Shown: positions 8,885-16,071, counted from the stretch's first letter. The stretch is 20,000 nucleotides of DNA from an uncultured virus (IMG/VR IMGVR_UViG_3300047548_000908) (IMGVR_UViG_3300047548_000908:117128-137127), one strand, 5' to 3'. The notes: a model not told the origin generated them from the letters alone. Made by a program: numbers and translations.

Positions 8885-8892
8885 TATTTATT
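8885..8892 (-). promoter_or_regulatory. Late promoter AATAAATA upstream of the Hc1-like gene
   Basis: NATAAATA box, followed on the minus strand by inverted repeat AATGTTAA-N4-TTAACATT (8866-8885). Confidence 0.55.
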
Positions 8893-8958
8893 TAATGGAA
8901 CTTTAAGTGTATTTTTTATTCAGGTGTTGTTTTTTCTTTTTCATCATTCTTAGGCAAA

Positions 8959-8983
8959 GGCGAGTAGATATGATCTACTCGCC
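8959..8983 (-). terminator. Perfect 11-bp hairpin, possible 3' end of the structured element
   Basis: GGCGAGTAGAT-ATG-ATCTACTCGCC, followed by TTT on the minus strand. Confidence 0.55.
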
Positions 8984-9332
8984 AAAATAAAACCCATCAT
9001 TCTTGAGGCTCTATAAAAGATGCGACGATGAATTCAAAAATCACGGCGGAGGATTGTCTATGTCTCGCCAACCATATAGGAATTTGCCATATGCGCTGTT
9101 ATGCTGGAACATTGTTCATCGGGTAGTCCCAACCAGCCCGAGCCCTCTATCGCTATTACTATGACTCGGCAACTTCAACCATTAAGATACGGGAAACGTT
9201 TCTGTCATTGGACAGACGTTTAGGCATCAAAGGGTAGTCCCGTAAATTGGTGTTGATCTCACCCGCTACCGCCTCACTTGTAAGGGCGGATTACCGTCAT
9301 ACTCCCAGGTGTATGATTACCTATTGATCAAT
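8984..9332. ncRNA. Candidate structured ncRNA or structured DNA element
   Basis: No ORF in the track, GC-richer than its flanks, many nested stems and repeated motifs (GGGTAGTCCC x2, GATTACC x2), bounded by hairpins. Confidence 0.55.
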
Positions 9333-9355
9333 GAAAAACGGGCATTGCTGCCCGT
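9333..9355 (-). terminator. Rho-independent terminator of the MazG-like operon
   Basis: Minus strand ACGGGCA-GCAA-TGCCCGT-TTTT (GNRA loop), 5 nt after the stop. Confidence 0.85.
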
Positions 9356-9360
9356 ATGAA

Positions 9361-9771
9361 TTACAGATCGCCTTCTTTGCGATTCTCTGAATAGAATGCG
9401 TCGAACGTTCCACCTGGATAACGAGATTCCAGTTTGTGTACGTTTTCTGCTAGTACATCATTAGGGTCATATCCTAGTGCTCTGCAACTATTAATCCAGT
9501 ACCAACCAATGTCACCTAGTTCACGCATCATATGAAAACGATTGTCTTCATTGTATGGCTTACCTTGGAATAGCATCTTTTTGACGATTTCATTAAACTC
9601 GCCGCTTTCGCTTGCCAGTCCGATTCCACCTGTCATTAGAAGAGGGACATTTACGCCCAAGGCACTAAGCTCACGAACCCTAGCAATAAATACCTCTGTG
9701 TCATTGCTGGCTTCACTTGTTACTGCTTGGACGAAGTCCTTGTATTTGTTTAAATCAATTTGTTTTGTCAT
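9361..9771 (-). CDS. mazG: MazG-like NTP pyrophosphohydrolase
   Basis: GLASESGEFNEIVKK...RELGDI.WY....C.ALG.....V...N..KL..RYP motif of the all-alpha NTP-PPases. Confidence 0.9.
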   Translation of the reverse strand: MTKQIDLNKYKDFVQAVTSEASNDTEVFIARVRELSALGVNVPLLMTGGIGLASESGEFNEIVKKMLFQGKPYNEDNRFHMMRELGDIGWYWINSCRALGYDPNDVLAENVHKLESRYPGGTFDAFYSENRKEGDL

Positions 9772-9962
9772 GTAAGTTCCTTAAACATCATTTTTCTACC
9801 CTCAACCCCTAGAACGGAATCAAATATTTCTCTCGTTCTTTGCTGCATAGCACAAGCTAACATTAATAGTTCTTCCTCAGAATCAATGAGTTGTATAGAG
9901 TTATCTATCAACTGCATCAACTCTGCCATTCTTTCCTGAACTGAATTTTTGTCTATGTCCAT
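9768..9962 (-). CDS. Small hypothetical protein
   Basis: 64 aa, AAGGA SD, ATGA overlap with the MazG-like start. Confidence 0.75.
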   Translation of the reverse strand: MDIDKNSVQERMAELMQLIDNSIQLIDSEEELLMLACAMQQRTREIFDSVLGVEGRKMMFKELT

Positions 9963-9966
9963 AAAA

Positions 9967-10011
9967 AATCCTTAGTACATGTATTATATACTAAGGATTC
10001 GTTCAATGCAA
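9967..10011 (-). promoter_or_regulatory. Sigma70-type promoter TTGCAT-N17-TATAAT with its -10 inside an SD-sequestering hairpin
   Basis: -35 at 10006-10011, -10 at 9983-9988; inverted repeat AATCCTTAGTA (9967-9977) / TACTAAGGATT (9989-9999). Confidence 0.7.
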
Positions 10012-10026
10012 CAATTGTGGTTTAGA

Positions 10027-10434
10027 TCAACTGATCAAAGATTGCCTTCTAAGTTTTTCTATTTTATGCTCGGCTAACCTTACCAAATGCTCTAGATTCT
10101 CTACAGACTCGCAGTTCCAGCGTCTCAACGCTTTATTGATTGGACTATTTGGATCTCTTTTTGTTTTGGCACTAGCCCGAGATTTTTTCATGCCAGTCAT
10201 TCTAGCACAGAATGATTTTCTACGCTTTGCAGATTTGGAGCCTTTTTTTAGTTTACTAGGTTTAGTAGTGACTGCGGTTTTTAGTTTACTTCCTGGGTTT
10301 TCTCTGCGGTATGCTTTGACGGCTTTCCTGCTCATTCCGTCAGTTTTATCTTTTTTGTTTACCTTTTGCCAGTCTTCGGTTAGTTCTGAAATAATAGATT
10401 CGAATAAATCTTGATATTCACGGACTTTGTTCAT
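10027..10434 (-). CDS. Basic conserved T4-like phage protein (DUF6321-like), probable internal head protein
   Basis: GMS.KAV.AYRRENPGSKLKTAVT...RRKSFCARM.GMKK......DPNS.INKALRRWNC, recalled from T4-like cyanophage proteins; acidic N-terminus with LxE motifs; late promoter. Confidence 0.7.
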   Translation of the reverse strand: MNKVREYQDLFESIISELTEDWQKVNKKDKTDGMSRKAVKAYRRENPGSKLKTAVTTKPSKLKKGSKSAKRRKSFCARMTGMKKSRASAKTKRDPNSPINKALRRWNCESVENLEHLVRLAEHKIEKLRRQSLIS

Positions 10435-10455
10435 TTAAAAACTCCTGTGTGAATA

Positions 10456-10463
10456 TATTTATC
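10456..10463 (-). promoter_or_regulatory. Late promoter GATAAATA
   Basis: Upstream of the AGGAG SD of the 10434 gene. Confidence 0.75.
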
Positions 10464-10470
10464 AAAAACG

Positions 10471-10503
10471 AAAAAAGCCGAACTTAGTTCGGCTTTTTAT
10501 TTT
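10471..10503. terminator. Bidirectional rho-independent terminator
   Basis: AAAAAAGCCGAAC-TTA-GTTCGGCTTTTT; separates the early gene (10515-11765) from the late gene. Confidence 0.9.
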
Positions 10504-10514
10504 TGGACACTCGA

Positions 10515-11765
10515 TTAGAATGCCTTCAAGATCACCATAGATTCATTGAATCGACCATTCGGAATCGCTGAGACTGCTTTGATTTCTTTGAAGAACTTCC
10601 GAGCAGCGGGTTTGCCACCCATAATCTCTTTCAACTGTTCAGCAGGTTTACGAAGCGTTTTCATTTCACTTTGGTTGGAGTCGAAACCGAGCAACGTATT
10701 TCCTTTGACACTGAACGTCTTGCTATATTCTTCTGCAACAAAGTGATACAGTTTGCGCTTAGAAGTATCATACACCCATGCTTCACTTGCTCCAACAAGT
10801 TTGGAAGGGTGAACACTAACGAGATTGAGCTTGGCTTGCTCGTCAGTAAACGACTTCATGTACTTAAGTTTTGCAACAAGCTTTTCGACAGGCACAGGCT
10901 TACGCTTGCGGGGAGCCCGAGTAGCTTTCTTGAGATTAACGTAGTTCGACAGGTCACCCAAAACAGACTCGATGAACGAAAGAATGTTCTTGAGTTGAGT
11001 TTTGGTTCGATGCGAATAAGCTTCCACCAGTTGGGAATCTTTACCGCGAAGAACCTCTTCGTATTCAGCTTGCTTTCGCTTCCAAACGTCAACGATCAGG
11101 GGAACGTGCTGAGGCATCACAGTGTATTTGGTCAGCAGCTCCACAGTTTTTGCCGTAGCTTTTGACTTGCATCCCGCTTCGAGGAAGTCATCAAAGACAC
11201 CCTCAAGTTCACCAGATGCCTCCATAGCCTTTTCACGCATGATCTCTTGCACGTTAGGCCTCTTAGATACGGGAGTGTCCTGCTTTTCTACTTTCTTAGC
11301 TCCTTTGCCACCAGTTTGGGAATGCTGGATTCCCTGAGTCAGCGACGTTTTAAGACGTTCAACTTCAGCATCGAGTTTGGACTGTTCTTCCTTGTTAAGT
11401 TCCAAGCCGCGCAAAGTCATTCGCGCAAGCCAACCATAAGTGGTGATGAACTCACTATCAGGGACTTTCCCCACAGCTTTCGCATCAGCAGTTTTTTTGT
11501 TTTCCGTGAGATACTGGAGAAACAGTTGCTTTGCTTCCTTTTTAGAGAAGAAGTAGTTGTACCAATTGAACCCCTTCAGCAGTTGAATAGAGCGTTCGTT
11601 TGGTTCAGGTTGAACAGGAAATGCAGGCTCATCCCCATGATACTTGCCATCCAAGTCCTTAGGGATCAGAGCCTTGACAAAGGTACTGACAATTGCATCA
11701 CGTTCAGCTTTAGTGACTCGGGGAGCCTTGCTGACAGGAATGAGAACTTTTGCTTTGCGAGCCAT
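10515..11765 (-). CDS. Conserved hypothetical early protein of T4-like phages (416 aa, Lys-rich)
   Basis: Long ORF with AAGGA SD and a sigma70 promoter. NWYNY and the C-terminal WVYDT..RKL...SVKG.TL.GFD...S..KTLRKP...PNGR.NE..VILK look like a T4-like phage family. Function unknown. Confidence 0.8.
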   Translation of the reverse strand: MARKAKVLIPVSKAPRVTKAERDAIVSTFVKALIPKDLDGKYHGDEPAFPVQPEPNERSIQLLKGFNWYNYFFSKKEAKQLFLQYLTENKKTADAKAVGKVPDSEFITTYGWLARMTLRGLELNKEEQSKLDAEVERLKTSLTQGIQHSQTGGKGAKKVEKQDTPVSKRPNVQEIMREKAMEASGELEGVFDDFLEAGCKSKATAKTVELLTKYTVMPQHVPLIVDVWKRKQAEYEEVLRGKDSQLVEAYSHRTKTQLKNILSFIESVLGDLSNYVNLKKATRAPRKRKPVPVEKLVAKLKYMKSFTDEQAKLNLVSVHPSKLVGASEAWVYDTSKRKLYHFVAEEYSKTFSVKGNTLLGFDSNQSEMKTLRKPAEQLKEIMGGKPAARKFFKEIKAVSAIPNGRFNESMVILKAF

Positions 11766-11792
11766 ATTTTTCCTTTAGTTGAACTTGCTTCG

Positions 11793-11821
11793 ATTATATA
11801 GCAGGAATCCCCGCTAGTCAA
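11793..11821 (-). promoter_or_regulatory. Sigma70 early promoter TTGACT-N17-TATAAT
   Basis: -35 at 11816-11821, -10 at 11793-11798. Confidence 0.85.
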
Positions 11822-11830
11822 TCAAAACAT

Positions 11831-11962
11831 TCAATGAATGAGACCGATCGCATAAAAGAGCAGGGTAAAAACGCCCACGATCGGAATGCTGTAGTAGATG
11901 ACCATAGCAGTCAGAACGAGCGCACCCATGAACAGTTCCATTGCTTCTTTGATGACAGACAT
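11831..11962 (-). CDS. Small hydrophobic membrane protein (43 aa)
   Basis: Hand-translated MSVIKEAMELFMGALVLTAMVIYYSIPIVGVFTLLFYAIGLIH*, AAGGA SD; below the ORF-track cutoff. Confidence 0.7.
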   Translation of the reverse strand: MSVIKEAMELFMGALVLTAMVIYYSIPIVGVFTLLFYAIGLIH

Positions 11963-11983
11963 TGCTTTGTCCTTTTGAATCAG

Positions 11984-12205
11984 TTAAACAAGAGCTTTAG
12001 CAACGCGACTCGACAGAGTTGCGACACGATTACGAGCCTTGACAGTCACGTCCATCGCTTCGCTCCATTTACGATCATTCGAAGCGGTTCGGCGAAGTTC
12101 CCAAACTTTCTTGGCTGCTTCTTCAGCTTTCATAGCAAGACCGTATTCCACCAAAGCAGCTTCCAGTTCAGCGAAGACCTTCAGATTCGTTTTCGACGTT
12201 GCCAT
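11984..12205 (-). CDS. Small hypothetical early protein (73 aa)
   Basis: MATSKTNLKVF..., AAGGA SD before the ATG at 12203-12205; consensus promoter upstream. Confidence 0.75.
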   Translation of the reverse strand: MATSKTNLKVFAELEAALVEYGLAMKAEEAAKKVWELRRTASNDRKWSEAMDVTVKARNRVATLSSRVAKALV

Positions 12206-12235
12206 TTGCTGTTCCTTGTTTTTCACTGTAAAGAC

Positions 12236-12264
12236 ATTATAGCAAACTTTGGATTTTATGTCAA
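12236..12264 (-). promoter_or_regulatory. Consensus sigma70 promoter TTGACA-N17-TATAAT (extended TGn)
   Basis: -35 at 12259-12264, -10 at 12236-12241. Confidence 0.9.
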
Positions 12265-12268
12265 CCTA

Positions 12269-12276
12269 AATAAATA
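12269..12276 (+). promoter_or_regulatory. Late promoter AATAAATA
   Basis: Upstream of the AAGGA SD and the ATG at 12295. Confidence 0.7.
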
Positions 12277-12294
12277 TTTCAAAGGAATATTAGT

Positions 12295-12666
12295 ATGAAG
12301 ATACGAGAAATAGACCCACAAGAGGATGACATCTTTAATGTGTTGGACTGGATGGGAGTTACTGAAGATGACGTTGAAATAAGTGACGTAGAAACATATC
12401 CCATATCCACATTTATCAAACAAATAAAAGAGGAAGAAGCCGATCCGGGCTATAATACAGAAAAAGACCGCGCCCAAATAGATTTTATCAAATCTCTCCT
12501 ACAGGCTGGGAAGAGACAATACCCTGTTGTAGCAATCTCTGGTTATGAAGGTGATGAATTAATTGTACGAGAAGGTCATCATAGGTTAAGGGCTACATAT
12601 GAATTGGGTATTAAAACTATACCCGTTATAGTTATAACTGAACGACCTGATGTAGATTATGATTGA
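12295..12666 (+). CDS. ParB/Sulfiredoxin-like domain protein
   Basis: PVV......LIVREGHHRLRA..ELG..TIPV matches the ParB/Srx G(H)HR motif; acidic; no HTH. Confidence 0.75.
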   Translation: MKIREIDPQEDDIFNVLDWMGVTEDDVEISDVETYPISTFIKQIKEEEADPGYNTEKDRAQIDFIKSLLQAGKRQYPVVAISGYEGDELIVREGHHRLRATYELGIKTIPVIVITERPDVDYD

Positions 12667-12690
12667 ACGTATCACAATGTGATATGTTCA
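12664..12690. terminator. Long inverted repeat between convergent genes
   Basis: TGAACGTATCAC-AAT-GTGATATGTTCA (one G-U pair), starting at the TGA stop; no U tract. Confidence 0.5.
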
Positions 12691-12721
12691 GTACGGCCTA
12701 CCCAAAACACATATAGAGACT

Positions 12722-12958
12722 TTAGACAATGACCAGACGAAGAGTAGGGTCATTGAAGAGTTCCTTAACCTCACGCATGACTCGATCAATGTCTCGTTTC
12801 TCCCATTTCCATGCTTTCACCTGCTCCTCGATCAGTTGAATACGTTGTTGGTTTGTCGTGGCGCGGTAGACTTTGAAAGACAAATCGGTAGAGGTTTGGA
12901 AGGGGAAATTGACCAAGTAACGACCCTGAACAGTTTCGAACGCGAGATTCATACTCAT
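12722..12958 (-). CDS. Small hypothetical early protein
   Basis: 78 aa, AAGGAG SD, consensus sigma70 promoter. Confidence 0.78.
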   Translation of the reverse strand: MSMNLAFETVQGRYLVNFPFQTSTDLSFKVYRATTNQQRIQLIEEQVKAWKWEKRDIDRVMREVKELFNDPTLRLVIV

Positions 12959-12985
12959 TGATAGCTCCTTGACTCGATTTTTAAC

Positions 12986-13014
12986 ATTATACAGTAAACA
13001 GGATTTATTGTCAA
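12986..13014 (-). promoter_or_regulatory. Consensus sigma70 promoter TTGACA-N17-TATAAT
   Basis: -35 at 13009-13014, -10 at 12986-12991. Confidence 0.9.
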
Positions 13015-13016
13015 CC

Positions 13017-13024
13017 GATAAATA
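13017..13024 (+). promoter_or_regulatory. Late promoter GATAAATA for the gp14-gp15-NUDIX operon
   Basis: Box ends 4 nt before the ATG at 13029. Confidence 0.78.
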
Positions 13025-13028
13025 CAGT

Positions 13029-14684
13029 ATGCCAAGATTAAGCCTTTACCGTTCAGAAAAAACTAATGACTATCGTTTTATGGATAGGACGATACGAGAG
13101 ATGTTTACTGTAGGCGCCACGGACTTATTTGTACATAAGTACTTGGGTGTTAACAATGAAAATCCTAGTGTAGATAATACACAACCTCAATATGACAAGT
13201 TAGACCCTTCAAATATCCAAGATTTGTTATTCTTGGAAAATAGGGATAGAAAATATGACCCAAACATCTATCGACTTCGAGGGCATTACAATGTTCAAAA
13301 TTTAGATTTTGACTTAAGTCAATTTGGATTGTTTTTAAACAATGATATTTTGTTCATCACGGTGCATTACAATGAAATGATTGATATCTTGGGAAGAAAG
13401 TTAATGGTTGGTGATGTATTAGAACTACCGCACCTGACTGACTTTCATCCTATGAATGAATCGATTCCCATTGGTCTTCGCAGGTATTACCAAATTACAG
13501 ATTGTAACTTTGCAAGTGAGGGCTTTAGCGCAACTTGGTATCCTCATTTATGGAGAGTTAAATGTGAACCTCTTGTCGATAGTCAAGAGTTTGCAGATAT
13601 TCTACAAAGACCTACTAACACAGACAATTATCTAGGTGATTGGGACAAGAATAAAACTTATGTTCCTGGATACACAGTTACGTTTGGTGACAAGGTGTAT
13701 ACTCCATTGCAAGATGTGCCTGCTGGTACTCCTTGCACTGACACAAACTATTGGAAGTTAGAAGACTCCGATAACCTCAAGGATTTGCTTACTACTTACA
13801 ACAAAAATATTCAAATTAATGATGCTGCGATTGCTGAAGCGATAAGGTTAGTCCCAAAGAGTGGATACGACAGACAACAGTTGTATGTTGTACCTACGTT
13901 TAATGGTCAACCTGCGAGCCCAGTAAACATAGTAGTGAGTGGTGCAGGTGCGCCTACTCCAACTAGAGGTACAGTAACTCAGATTTGGTCACCGGGGTAT
14001 GTCAAAGGAAGCCTAGTTATTCGTATAGGTGCATCAGCACTTAAAAATATGATGGATATGACTGCATCAGGAATGACTCCAATTGGTAAATTCTTTGAGA
14101 CAGTTTTAGAGCTTGCAGAAAAAGCTCCAGATAGGACTGACTCGGGGTCAGGTCCAGTTCACGGGGATTTAGTGCTTGCAGCAAAGTCGTTTGGTCCTAT
14201 GAGTGGTCCGTTTGGAACTTCCGACAATACTTTTGCATTTGCTGATGAAGATATAGGAAAAGCAGGATTTAAAGGTAAACCATCTGAACAAATGGATTAT
14301 CTTGCAGATTGCGATCCTAGGTTTAAATTTATAGCAAGGACTACTCCTCAGAACTTTGGTTATATAGATGGATACTTAACTGGGGATGGAACTGCTCCGA
14401 ATGGTTTACCAACAGGAGCAGGGACTTCGTTCCCAACTGATCCAAAGGTAGGAGATTACTTCCTAAGAACTGATTACTTACCGCAGTTGCTCTTTAGGTG
14501 GGACGGAAATATTTGGGTGAAAATTAGCAGTAATGTTAGAACTGACACAGGTTATGCTGACACAAATAATCAATCGCAGTTGAATACGTTCATAAATAAC
14601 AGCAACGTAACAGTATTGACAAATGGAACTACCATACCTGAAAAGCAGGCGCTTTCAACAATACTTAAAATTCAACCAGATTAA
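13029..14684 (+). CDS. gp14: Neck / head-closure protein, T4 gp14-like, with C-terminal extensions (~551 aa)
   Basis: MPRLSLYR start; DLSQFGLFL.ND.LFITVH....I.ILGRKLMVGDVLELPHL and W.VKCEP resemble gp14; directly upstream of gp15. ATG 13029 preferred over TTG 12969. Confidence 0.75.
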   Translation: MPRLSLYRSEKTNDYRFMDRTIREMFTVGATDLFVHKYLGVNNENPSVDNTQPQYDKLDPSNIQDLLFLENRDRKYDPNIYRLRGHYNVQNLDFDLSQFGLFLNNDILFITVHYNEMIDILGRKLMVGDVLELPHLTDFHPMNESIPIGLRRYYQITDCNFASEGFSATWYPHLWRVKCEPLVDSQEFADILQRPTNTDNYLGDWDKNKTYVPGYTVTFGDKVYTPLQDVPAGTPCTDTNYWKLEDSDNLKDLLTTYNKNIQINDAAIAEAIRLVPKSGYDRQQLYVVPTFNGQPASPVNIVVSGAGAPTPTRGTVTQIWSPGYVKGSLVIRIGASALKNMMDMTASGMTPIGKFFETVLELAEKAPDRTDSGSGPVHGDLVLAAKSFGPMSGPFGTSDNTFAFADEDIGKAGFKGKPSEQMDYLADCDPRFKFIARTTPQNFGYIDGYLTGDGTAPNGLPTGAGTSFPTDPKVGDYFLRTDYLPQLLFRWDGNIWVKISSNVRTDTGYADTNNQSQLNTFINNSNVTVLTNGTTIPEKQALSTILKIQPD

Positions 14685-14693
14685 AGGCACTCA

Positions 14694-16070
14694 ATGAGTA
14701 ATTACTTCTATGACAATCAAATCCGTCGTTTTCTAATTCAATTTGCAAAAATATTTTCAAATTGGCAAGTATCAAAAGGGAAAGATCCACAGGGAAATGA
14801 TATTTTGGTTAGAGTTCCTATCATGTATGGGGACGCAAGCAGACAGGCTGCTACTATTATCGCAAATAACAGCACTAGTAACTTGCCAAGCGCTCCGCTG
14901 ATTACTTACTATATTAGCGGATTAGAATATGATCAAAAGAGAACTCAAGACCCTTATTTCGTAGACAAATTAAACATTAGACAACGAACATTCAATGAAG
15001 CCACACAATCATACGAAACTACACAAGGACAAGCATATACAGTTGAACGTTTAATGCCAGTCCCCTACACTCTTAGATTAAACGTGGATTTTTGGACAAC
15101 TAACTATCAACAAAAACTTGAGTTAATTGAACAACTAGGTGTTCTCTTTAATCCTAGCTTAGAACTGCAAAGCACGGATAACTTTATCGATTGGACTAGT
15201 TTAACAGTTGTTTACCAAGACGGACTTACTTTCTCTAGTAGGAGTATTCCAGTAGGAACAGGAAATCCAATCGACGTAATGTCTTGGAAGTTTTACATGC
15301 CTATATGGATTAGCAGTGCAGTCAAAATCAAAAAGCTTGGTGTTATCTACAAGATTATTGCAAGTATCTTTAAAGGACATGCACTTGATGATATGCAAGA
15401 TGATGATTTACTGATGGGTACAAGGCAAAAGATAACACCGTATGGCTATAAAGTACTATTAATAGGGAACTCGTTGCAACTTCTGCCCGGCAGTCAAACG
15501 TTAAACGAGACTAATCAGTCATTAGAATTGCCTAGTAGTCCAAATACAGAATTGTACTGGAAAGGTGTATTAGATGCGTACGGTACGATTAGACCAGGCG
15601 TGTCTCAGATATGGTTGCAAAATCCCAACCTCGATACAGAAATTGTAGGCACGATAGCACTTAATCCAAATGATGATAGGTTGTTAATTTTTAACATTGA
15701 TCAAGATACTTTACCTCAGAATACCTTAGATGCAGTTAACAGCGTGATCAATCCATTGCAAAAGAGTCCAGAGCATGGACTCCCTACTGCTGTAAACGGG
15801 CAACGATATTTGATAGTTGAAGATATCGGCAACGAATCAAACACAGAATTTTCTGCTTGGGGCGACGTTGTTGCAGAAGCAAATGACATCATTGAATTTG
15901 ATGGTAATAGCGGAAAATGGTTTGTTAGCTTTGATAGCGCAGCACCTCAAACTGCTGCTCAGTTTGTCACCAACTTAACTACTGGAGTTCAATATAGATT
16001 TGACGGGTTAAACTGGATGAAATCTTACGAAGGTATATATGAAGCAGGTGATTACAGTATAGTGATTTAG
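14694..16070 (+). CDS. gp15: Tail sheath stabiliser / tail terminator, T4 gp15-like, with C-terminal extension
   Basis: YFYD.QIRRFL.QF..IFSN, VPI.YG, YD.KR, PVPYTL...V.FWT....K..LIEQL..LFNP. Confidence 0.88.
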   Translation: MSNYFYDNQIRRFLIQFAKIFSNWQVSKGKDPQGNDILVRVPIMYGDASRQAATIIANNSTSNLPSAPLITYYISGLEYDQKRTQDPYFVDKLNIRQRTFNEATQSYETTQGQAYTVERLMPVPYTLRLNVDFWTTNYQQKLELIEQLGVLFNPSLELQSTDNFIDWTSLTVVYQDGLTFSSRSIPVGTGNPIDVMSWKFYMPIWISSAVKIKKLGVIYKIIASIFKGHALDDMQDDDLLMGTRQKITPYGYKVLLIGNSLQLLPGSQTLNETNQSLELPSSPNTELYWKGVLDAYGTIRPGVSQIWLQNPNLDTEIVGTIALNPNDDRLLIFNIDQDTLPQNTLDAVNSVINPLQKSPEHGLPTAVNGQRYLIVEDIGNESNTEFSAWGDVVAEANDIIEFDGNSGKWFVSFDSAAPQTAAQFVTNLTTGVQYRFDGLNWMKSYEGIYEAGDYSIVI

Positions 16071-16071
16071 T

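Noticed and set aside
8984..9332. tRNA, tmRNA, RNase P or group I intron identity for the structured region
   Set aside because: No T-loop GTTCRA/CCA end, no GAGGAAAGTCC, and no interrupted host gene.
10546..12298. Plus-strand ORFs of 66-184 aa
   Set aside because: Antisense to well-supported minus-strand genes that have SDs and promoters.
12969..13028. TTG-initiated N-terminal extension of gp14 (likewise starts at 6643, 6762 and 12226)
   Set aside because: The extensions overlap promoter or leader sequence; downstream ATGs fit the SD/promoter geometry and typical N-termini.
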